From positions 1-17,776 of IMG/VR virus record IMGVR_UViG_3300031965_001155: DNA of 17,776 bases; one strand, 5' to 3'. The position numbers and the translations under genes were made by a program. Source of the stretch: a virus. The notes beneath the pieces were generated by a model. That model made no database searches. It was not told the DNA's origin and saw only the letters and a list, made by a program, of their open reading frames with translations. Shown one piece after another: positions 6,810-13,900 of this stretch (the stretch's first letter is position 1; each line of letters begins with the position of its first letter).

Positions 6810-7699
6810 AAATAGCACTAGATAAATTCGAAGAATGGCTAAGGAATAAAAACCTTAAAGAAAGAACAATAGAAAATTATATTTATTATTTCAATAAATT
6901 TAATTTTGATAGCTTTAACCAGGAAACAATAAGTCGTTTTTTATCCCAAAAGCCTAATAGAAATAGTATATGTAGAAGCTTTTTAGTTAACTTTAAGAAA
7001 TTCTTGTTAGTTAATTACAAAGAACTAGGATTATCCCAGGAAGCTAGGGTAGGAATAGCGGAAGTAGAATTACCTAAGCTTACAGGTAGGGTTAAAGAAA
7101 GATTAATTAAACCCATTCCTCACGAACACATAGCTTTAATAGAGAAGGCCTTAGATTCAGAACAATTAAAATTACAGCTTCTAATTAGTTATTATTGTGC
7201 TTTAAGACTTGGTGAGTTATTGAAAATAAATATTATGTCTTTTAATTGGGAAGAATGGAAAAAAGATACTTCTAAAATGGGGGAATGTCGGGTTTATGGG
7301 AAAGGAGATAAGGAAGGAATAGCCTTAGTTCCTGCTGTTCTTATGAAAAGAATAGCTATTTATATTAAAAGTCGTAAGTTTAGTTCTTTAGATTCTAAAA
7401 TATTTGTAAGGGGAAACACTAACGTAAATTTAAAAAATAAATCTAGATCCTGGCAGCAAAAATTAAGGGACGCGGGAATTAAGGCTAGAATAACTAAGTT
7501 TGATGATAAAGGAAAACCCATAGAAGATACAATAGTTCACCCACACCGTTTAAGGCACTCCTACGCTAGTTATTTACTGAATGTTAAGAAACTTAACTTA
7601 AAACAAGTTCAAGAAGTGTTACGTCATGCTTCTTTACAAAGCACACAAATTTATACGCATATCGATAAAGAAGATTTAAAAGAAGCTTTAAGTCAATAA
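6806..7699 (+). CDS. Tyrosine recombinase / integrase (XerC/D-like), 297 aa
   Basis: It has an N-terminal SAM-like domain. The catalytic residues read as ALRLGELL (Arg I), [14 protein letters not shown] (H-x-x-R) and [14 protein letters not shown] (nucleophile Tyr283, nt 7652-7654). Confidence 0.92.
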
Positions 7700-7735
7700 G
7701 TGAGAGTTCTAGATATTCGGTTAAGAGAATAAAAA

Positions 7736-7810
7736 TAGCGGTGAAAGGATTTGAACCTATGATCTCTGCCGCATGAAGGCAGCGCCTTAACCAGACTAGG
7801 CCACACCGCT
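7736..7810 (-). tRNA. tRNA-Met-like gene, anticodon CAT, 75 nt, no encoded CCA
   Basis: The reverse complement AGCGGTGTGGCCTAGTCTGGTTAAGGCGCTGCCTTCATGCGGCAGAGATCATAGGTTCAAATCCTTTCACCGCTA folds by hand into a cloverleaf. The acceptor is AGCGGTG/CACCGCT, the D stem GCCT/AGGC and the anticodon stem CTGCC/GGCAG with loop TTCATGC. The T arm is ATAGG-TTCAAAT-CCTTT with one T-T mismatch, and an oligo-T follows. Confidence 0.85.
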
Positions 7811-7820
7811 TTTAAATTTT

Positions 7821-7837
7821 AAAAAAAATAAAAAAAA
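7821..7837 (-). terminator. Oligo-T terminator (T8-A-T8 on the minus strand) ending the long leftward gene block
   Basis: It lies directly downstream of the stop at 7850-7852. Archaeal RNA polymerase terminates at oligo-T tracts. Confidence 0.6.
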
Positions 7838-7849
7838 GTTAGAGTAAGT

Positions 7850-8149
7850 TTACTTCTTAGAAGGTTTAACTTCTTCTTCTTCGTCTTCTTCCTCTATTTC
7901 TTCCTCGTCTTCGTCGTCTAGTTCTTCGTCTTCTTCGTCTTCTGAATCTTCCGCTTCTTGTGATTCCTCTTTTTCTTCTTCGGAATAAATATAATCTACG
8001 GAGATTTTACGCGCAAGATCATTATCTTGAAGAACTGCTACAACTTCATTAAGCTTATTTGTTAATTCGTCGACTTTTGAAGCTAGGAGTAAAACGTTTT
8101 CCTTTAGAACCTTAATAGATTCTTCGTTAGTTTCTTTTTTTTCTACCAT
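7850..8149 (-). CDS. Coiled-coil protein with a polyacidic C-terminal tail (99 aa)
   Basis: The N-terminal heptad-like helix is followed by SEEEKEESQEAEDSEDEEDEELDDEDEEEIEEEDEEEEV (nt about 7871-7984). AGGTGAAAGGGGGTAAA lies 5 nt upstream, and the start overlaps the preceding stop (TAATG). Confidence 0.8.
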   Translation of the reverse strand: MVEKKETNEESIKVLKENVLLLASKVDELTNKLNEVVAVLQDNDLARKISVDYIYSEEEKEESQEAEDSEDEEDEELDDEDEEEIEEEDEEEEVKPSKK

Positions 8150-8457
8150 TATTCTTTACCCCCTTTCACCTCTATACTTGAAAATTCTAAATCATTAATG
8201 TTAAAATAGTTTTCGTTAGGATTCTTAATTTTTATTCCTTCTGTGCTAAATGAGAAATCTAAAAGTTCTGGATCTAGAGAACTACACGAACAGGCATAAT
8301 TACCGCCCGAATCTTCTAGTTTTTGTGCTGCATATCTAAAAGGATCATCTACACACTTACCATTTTCTACAATTAACTTAACCATGACTAAGGCAAAGGC
8401 CATAATAAGAACTAGAACTACTACACTAAGGATTATTATTTTCTTTTTATTTTCCAT
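8149..8457 (-). CDS. Signal-anchored or secreted Cys-containing protein (102 aa)
   Basis: An N-terminal hydrophobic segment IIILSVVVLVLIMAFALVMV is followed by a soluble domain with 3 Cys. Confidence 0.75.
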   Translation of the reverse strand: MENKKKIIILSVVVLVLIMAFALVMVKLIVENGKCVDDPFRYAAQKLEDSGGNYACSCSSLDPELLDFSFSTEGIKIKNPNENYFNINDLEFSSIEVKGGKE

Positions 8458-8542
8458 GTTTCTTTTTTTCTTTAAAGTAATTGTAGGCTAATATTAAAAC
8501 CATTACGATAATTACTAACCAGGTAATAAGTTTCGGGGACAT
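8444..8542 (-). CDS. Possible micro-ORF, single-TM peptide (32 aa)
   Basis: Manual translation gives MSPKLITWLVIIVMVLILAYNYFKEKKKHGK*. It fills the gap between neighbouring genes and overlaps the next start. Confidence 0.4.
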
Positions 8543-8543
8543 T

Positions 8544-8690
8544 TTAGTTTTTTAGGAGTTTATCTAAACCCGCTGCTTTATATAATTCTCTTTGTTTTCT
8601 AGTCATGTATCTAGTAAAAAGCATAATTCCCGTAAAAGTTGAAATAATACCAACAATCATACCAATAACAAAGCCTTCTATTCCGTTCAT
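8544..8690 (-). CDS. Small single-TM protein (48 aa), below the ORF-track cutoff
   Basis: Manual translation gives MNGIEGFVIGMIVGIISTFTGIMLFTRYMTRKQRELYKAAGLDKLLKN*. It has an ATGA overlap with the upstream stop, and GGGGGTTAAAAAAGA precedes the ATG. Confidence 0.55.
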   Translation of the reverse strand: MNGIEGFVIGMIVGIISTFTGIMLFTRYMTRKQRELYKAAGLDKLLKN

Positions 8691-8989
8691 TCTTTTTTAA
8701 CCCCCTTCTTTTTAGAGAATCTTTTAAAGAACCCTGGCTTTTTATCTTCTTTCTTTTGTTTCTTAGCTTCTTCTTTTTCTTTTTGTTCTTCAAGCTGTTT
8801 ATTTCTAGAATCGCTATGCTCTTTTAATTCTGCTAGAAGTTCTGGCGCTTTAAGATCTTGTTTTTCTAATCTAGCGTTTATGTTTCTTAGTTTGCTTTTT
8901 TCGTCATAGATTAGTTTAAATTTGAAGATTAGAAACCAGATAACACAAAAGATTATACCCGAAAATATAATTTCTGTTATTCCTATCAT
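8687..8989 (-). CDS. N-terminally anchored membrane protein with a charged K/E-rich tail (100 aa)
   Basis: The TM segment is IIFSGIIFCVIWFLIFKF. It has an ATGA overlap with the upstream gene. Confidence 0.75.
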   Translation of the reverse strand: MIGITEIIFSGIIFCVIWFLIFKFKLIYDEKSKLRNINARLEKQDLKAPELLAELKEHSDSRNKQLEEQKEKEEAKKQKKEDKKPGFFKRFSKKKGVKKE

Positions 8990-9672
8990 TGTGTAACTAC
9001 CCCACTACTTGCGGCCTTAGTTTCGGCTACTTTAATTAACTGGTCTGCATGGTCTATTAAAAGCCCTACTTTATCTATTAATCCGCCCACTTTGGAAATT
9101 ATGAAGATGAAGGATAGAGTTAAAACAAAGATTAGAATAACTAAACTAATTACTTCTTTATATTCTCTCCACCATGGCTGCGATTTGTCCCGATAATTTC
9201 TTTTAATTAATTCTTTTAGATTAGTTAAAGCATATCTCATATCTGTATGATCGTAATCTAGGTTAGCTTCCTTCATTTCTTCGTTCATATTCTTTAAAGC
9301 GAAGTTAACTATCTCTCGATTATTCTTAATCATAAACCAGTAAGCGTCTTTTCCCATTCTTTTAACTGGTCTTGGTAAATACATGTCTTTTTCTTTTATG
9401 TAGAAAACTTGAATATTAGAATTTGGTATAGTTAATTCACAGGCGTTATCATCCCCTACGGGTATAGGTGTTCCGTTTACTTCTTCGAACCAGAATATTT
9501 TTTTATTGTAGTTTTTCTTTTTCTTCTTTAGGTAATAAATATAATAGAAAATACCCCCAACTAAGATAAAAAGAAAGAGAATTATTAAAAATTGTCCGAA
9601 CCCACTTAACAGGCTCTTAGGATCTATGTTAATTCCTGCGTTTGTTAGTCCTAGTGTATCACCTAATCCCAT
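8986..9672 (-). CDS. Two-TM membrane protein (228 aa)
   Basis: The TM segments are FGQFLIILFLFILVGGIFYYIYYL and VISLVILIFVLTLSFIFIIS. A leaderless promoter has its TATA box 22 nt upstream. Confidence 0.8.
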   Translation of the reverse strand: MGLGDTLGLTNAGINIDPKSLLSGFGQFLIILFLFILVGGIFYYIYYLKKKKKNYNKKIFWFEEVNGTPIPVGDDNACELTIPNSNIQVFYIKEKDMYLPRPVKRMGKDAYWFMIKNNREIVNFALKNMNEEMKEANLDYDHTDMRYALTNLKELIKRNYRDKSQPWWREYKEVISLVILIFVLTLSFIFIISKVGGLIDKVGLLIDHADQLIKVAETKAASSGVVTQ

Positions 9673-9723
9673 GAATAAAATATAGATTTAAACTTTATAA
9701 ATCTTTGTTTTTGTTAACAAAAA
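9673..9723 (-). promoter_or_regulatory. Leaderless promoter cassette: TTTATAAA (9694-9701) plus the palindrome TTTTTGTTAACAAAAA (9708-9723)
   Basis: It is a near-identical copy of 4074-4111. The 13-nt aaactttataaat and 15-nt tttttgttaacaaaa blocks are exact, and the 22-nt spacing to the ATG is the same. Confidence 0.7.
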
Positions 9724-9769
9724 AAGAAAAAAAAAGAAAAAAAAATATTAGCCTAGTTTCCTAAGCTAA
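9719..9769 (-). terminator. Hairpin plus long oligo-T terminator after the 110-aa gene
   Basis: The stem is 9748-9756 / 9761-9769 (8 of 9 bp, loop tttc). On the minus strand it is followed by T9-C-T9-C-T7. Confidence 0.65.
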
Positions 9770-9770
9770 T

Positions 9771-10103
9771 TCAGTAACCCGAGTAACCAGAACCTTTAGA
9801 TCCTTTCATACCCTTAGCTATTGTCATAACCAAAGCCAATAATCCTAACAACATGAAGATTAATAGCACGATTGCAGCAATAGTAAAGAAAGTGTTAGAG
9901 AATCCGAAGAATGTTCCGAAACCAGTAGTCACGTTACTAATAACGCTTTCTGTGTTATTGTAACCTGCTGTGTCCGCCGCGAATCCTAAGTTTCCAGATA
10001 AGTTACCGTAAATCATTAGCCATACAATACCAATAAAACCGATAACACCTAGTCCCCCTAGAATTAATCCCGCTTCTTGAACTTTTTTAGCTGTGTCTCC
10101 CAT
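9771..10103 (-). CDS. Small two-helix hydrophobic protein (110 aa); candidate major structural (capsid or envelope) protein
   Basis: Two long hydrophobic helices (AGLILGGLGVIGFIGIVWLMIYG and FFTIAAIVLLIFMLLGLLALVMTIA) are separated by a loop carrying the sequons NLS, NNT and NVT. The gene has a dedicated promoter region, a strong SD-like leader and a dedicated terminator. The architecture resembles fusellovirus VP1-type capsid proteins. Confidence 0.8.
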   Translation of the reverse strand: MGDTAKKVQEAGLILGGLGVIGFIGIVWLMIYGNLSGNLGFAADTAGYNNTESVISNVTTGFGTFFGFSNTFFTIAAIVLLIFMLLGLLALVMTIAKGMKGSKGSGYSGY

Positions 10104-10221
10104 TTTTCTTTTTTACCCCCTTTCACCTTTATTAAAATAGAAGTTACACACCTCTATTTAAGCATGAAAGCTTAATAATTAGTATGTTAACAACTATTTA
10201 AAGGTGTGTTAACAAAATATT
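10104..10221 (-). promoter_or_regulatory. Complex promoter and leader: two TTAAATAG boxes, GTTAAC sites and a bracketing inverted repeat
   Basis: The plus strand carries CTATTTAA at 10154-10161 and 10194-10201. GTTAAC occurs at 10186-10191 and 10208-10213. The inverted repeat is GTTACACACC (10143-10152) / GGTGTGTTAAC (10203-10213). The SD-like 17-mer lies at 10112-10128. Confidence 0.6.
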
Positions 10222-10536
10222 TTACTTCTTTAGAAGCCAAAATACAATAAGAACCATACCTATAACGAATATTGTTATAAAAATATCTGGCTGTATTATT
10301 TTTAGAAGTGTTCCAATTAGAGAAACGAAGATAGTAGCAATAGCACTAACACCCATAGCGCTTATAAAATCCGACTTAATGTAACGGTCTTTGTCTGCTC
10401 TGTAAAGTGTAAACGCAATAATTAACCAGAAGGCGAACATTATTTTAGCGTAAAAGTAATAGTCGCAGCTAGTAGGAAAGGCTAATATTCCTGTAATACT
10501 ATTGTCTACTAGTGTTTCTAATCCTGCGCATACCAT
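10222..10536 (-). CDS. Membrane protein (104 aa from ATG 10536; the track shows a GTG start at 10545)
   Basis: It has three hydrophobic segments. ATG 10536 is preceded by TAGGTGGT at SD distance and does not overlap the upstream stop at 10538-10540. Confidence 0.75.
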   Translation of the reverse strand: MVCAGLETLVDNSITGILAFPTSCDYYFYAKIMFAFWLIIAFTLYRADKDRYIKSDFISAMGVSAIATIFVSLIGTLLKIIQPDIFITIFVIGMVLIVFWLLKK

Positions 10537-10537
10537 T

Positions 10538-10966
10538 TTAACCACCTAGCTTATAGATTATCCATAGGCCAATTATGATAGTAAGTATTAACAAAGTGCT
10601 TAATACTGAAACTACCACAGGATCAATACCTAAGATAACTACTGGTAATTTAATTAATGTGTTGAATATTCCAACAACCATACCGTTAAAGACTTTACCA
10701 CTTGAAACAATAGAGAAAAGTAAAATAGTTCCGAATCCACCTGTCGGATTTTCACTTTCGAATAAAGTTTTTTGTGCCTGGCTTTCGTCCCTTAGACTGT
10801 TTAGATTTGTGTAAAGGCTATGATAGGTATTATTCATTAGCGTATTTTCTATAAAAGGATCTTCTACGTTGTTTTCTTCCTGGAAGAAGACGCTAAAAGC
10901 AAACATGCTAAGCACAACTAAACCGATTAACATAAAGTTAGTAAATAGTTCGTAAAATTTAGCCAT
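10538..10966 (-). CDS. Membrane protein (142 aa)
   Basis: An N-terminal TM segment (FMLIGLVVLSMFAFSVFF) and C-terminal hydrophobic helices are present. GAGAGGG lies upstream. Confidence 0.8.
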   Translation of the reverse strand: MAKFYELFTNFMLIGLVVLSMFAFSVFFQEENNVEDPFIENTLMNNTYHSLYTNLNSLRDESQAQKTLFESENPTGGFGTILLFSIVSSGKVFNGMVVGIFNTLIKLPVVILGIDPVVVSVLSTLLILTIIIGLWIIYKLGG

Positions 10967-13900
10967 TTATTGCGCCCTCTCATTATTTAATTTAATTATC
11001 CCTATGATTATTATTATAATTAACCATAGTCCACTAGCCCCGATTCCTATTATATCGCCTGTTACTAATCCTAAACTTATCGCGGCTATGAAGGTAACCC
11101 CCATAGAAACTAAAACCCCTGTCTTTGAACCGCTAAACATTAGGATAAATGAGATAGCCATAACGAAAAGGATTAAGTAACCACCTACGCCGTAATTACT
11201 TGTATCTAGTTTAACATTTCCAGAAACAGCTAAAACATTATCTACGTAAATTTCTGTCTTTAGTGTGCTGTCGTCTAAATTAGGATCTATGTTACAGGTT
11301 AAAGTTCCACCCGAAGAAGTAAGAGTAGAATTACAAATACTTCTATTTCCGAAAATGTCGTTTCTTGTTACTTCTAATTTAACTGTTTTCGCGCTTCCGT
11401 CTTCTGTTACAAAGTTAAAAGTTATTTTGTCTGACGTTTCGTTATATGTTGGCTCAGTAAATATTATTCCTAAGCTGTCGTCATAATTATAAATTGCTTC
11501 TACTGAATCAAAAGCGTTAAGTTCTATCTTACAGTCCCCTATCGTAAAGTCTTGACAAAAGGCTACTATGTTTTCGAAGTTTCCTAGAACTTCTCCGTCT
11601 TTTAAGATTCTTATGTTATAAATTACGTCGTTTCTGACTAAGTGTAAAATAGTTTGTCCGTTGTAGTCTGTCTTTGGTAATTCTACTGTCTTAAATGTGT
11701 CTTCCTGGATATATTGCCTATCTACATAAATTAAAGCGTTTTCTACTGGTAAGAAGTCCGCCCCTGTAAAAGTTAATTGAAATTCTGTGCTGTCTGAAAG
11801 GTTAAGATCATAAAGCGTTATGTCCTGGCCTGTTGTGTCTATGTCTATTGTAGAGTTAACAATATTATAATATTCGTTTGCGTGTTCTGAACTTTCGTAT
11901 CTAACTATTACGTCCACAGAATAAGAAGTTTCGTTAGTAATGTTTCTGTTTAAGCAAATTGCTAAGGGATTAACTCCTTCGAATTGGTTTGAGTAGTTGA
12001 ATACTAAATTATCTCTAGTAGAATCATAAAAATTTAAGGCTGTTTCTATTGTAACGCTAGGTATAATGGTTTGTTCTTCTTCGTCTAGAACTGTAAAATT
12101 AAATAAAGTATTTGTGTAAGAACTACAATTATCTACGGCTAAATTATAAACTGTTTGATTTTGTGAACTTAGGTTAACTTCTGTGTTGTCTGATAGAGTT
12201 ATTCCCCAATAAAAAGTAAAGTTTGTGTCTGTTGAAACACTAGGCACTAACATATTTGTTTTTCTTAAAACTTCATAAATTCCCGATTCAAAAGCCTGGC
12301 CTGTTGTTTCTGTTCCGTTGTAATTAAATAATACTGCGTCTTCTATTGAAAGTCCAGAACCTAGTTTAATATGTGCTAGGAAAGTTTCTAGGCTTCCTTC
12401 TGTTGTTTCTTCGTTGTAGGTTTGGTTTACTTCTAGAACTTTGTAATCCCATATTGTAGTATTGCTTTGATAGTTCCCGAAAGTGTCGTTAGCCCAAAAT
12501 GTTAAGTTATTTATTTCTGCGATATAGTTAAAAGTTGTGTGGTTATCGTAACAGGTTAAACTATTGTTAGTTCCGTTGTATTCATACCAACAGGAATCTA
12601 AATAATCTACTGATTCGTTACTTCCTTCATCTGTTACAGTCCAGTTTAAATCTAGTGTGTAGTTATCTATTAAATAGTCGAAAGTTCCAGAAGGCGCAGT
12701 TAAGTTTATTTCTGGCGGTGTAATGTCGTGGTTTATGTATCTTGTTTCTGTTGAATCGCAAAAAGTCCCTAAGGTGTCTGAATCTCCGCACGTGGTTACG
12801 TTGTAATGAAAATGTCCTGTTGGTAAAGAATAATTTAAGCTGTAAGTTTCGTTTGTGAAAGTGTCTATATATTCTGTGCCGTTTGCGTTTTGCATGTAGT
12901 AAGTTATATTTGTAAAGTTAACTTCATTTAAAGTTACGTTAACTTCTACTGTAAATTCTAAATCTGTAATGTTTGCGTAATTTACTGGTGTAGGCGGTGT
13001 TACATATTCTATATTTATTCCTGTGCTTTCTTCTTCTGCTCCGATTGTGTATGTTGGCTCTGAACTTGCATAACCTTTTAAGATGATTGTTATATCTTTT
13101 AATTTTGAGTTTTTAGCTGCATTATCGCTCTTATGCCCAAAATAAAATGTGTGTGTTGTTCCTAATGTTGTCTCATAACTTGGGGGACGAATAAAATTAT
13201 ATTCTTTTGCCTGATATGAAGTTATTCCACTATAACGACAGGGTGTTCCAGCCTGCCAATTTATTCCTCCCGAACAATCAAGATTACCCATTCTTAATAA
13301 ATCATCTGAACTATCTAATGCACTATTATCAAAACCTGCCATAACATATTGAGAATAACTCCCTTGATTAGAATAAACTGAATGTGCTTGAATTTTATAT
13401 TCCCATTCACCTGATAAATAAATAGTTTCTGAATTTATTATTTGTATAGAATTATATGTTGAATATTCAGTAGCACTTGTAAAATAAACCCAAAAAGTAT
13501 TATCTGCATTTGAGTTTGAACTTGCACCACTATTCCCATAATACATATAAATTGAAGTGTTAGAACTTGCTGTTAAACTCGGTACTTTAACCCAAACATA
13601 AGCGTGAGAACTATCTGTTTTATTTTCAATCCAATAACCCAATTCTGTATCTTCTACACTATTTAAAAATCTCAAATCTGAAAAGTCTGTATTCATATCA
13701 CTATCATACTCAACATAAATTAAAGTTGAATAATTGCTTAATGAACTTCCACTATTTTCTGTTATTGTTACTTCTCTTTTAAATCCCCAGGAAGTATTCC
13801 ACCACGCCCAATTAATTAAGTCTTCTCCTCTGAAAGTAATAACCCAGTCCATAGATTTAGTAGGATCTTTCTTAGCGTCTAGTTTTAAATAACTTAATCC

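Noticed and set aside
442-8400. Shared DPFRY pentapeptide at the C-terminus of the 949-aa protein (VDPFRYW*) and in the 102-aa protein (VDDPFRYAA)
   Set aside because: With about 5,000 encoded residues, a shared 5-mer is expected by chance at roughly this frequency, and no flanking similarity exists.
8611-8793. 60-aa poly-Lys ORF in the track
   Set aside because: It is an alternative frame of the K/E-rich tail of 8687..8989. Its downstream part competes with a much more plausible 48-aa TM ORF that has an SD-like site and an ATGA overlap.
9719-9745. A7-G-A9-G-A9 tract as a replication origin or DNA-unwinding element
   Set aside because: Its position immediately after a hairpin and the stop codon of a minus-strand gene fits an oligo-T terminator. 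An additional unwinding role cannot be tested from the sequence alone.
10537-10545. GTG start at 10545 for the 107-aa track ORF, and ATG 6567 for the 80-aa track ORF
   Set aside because: The downstream ATGs (10536 and 6588) have better SD-like context and avoid or minimise overlap with upstream genes. The shorter models were preferred but are not proven.
12162-12169. Fifth TGTGAACT (AGTTCACA) copy inside the glycoprotein gene
   Set aside because: It has no adjacent TATA element and no extended similarity to the promoter copies. It is probably a chance occurrence or has no regulatory role.
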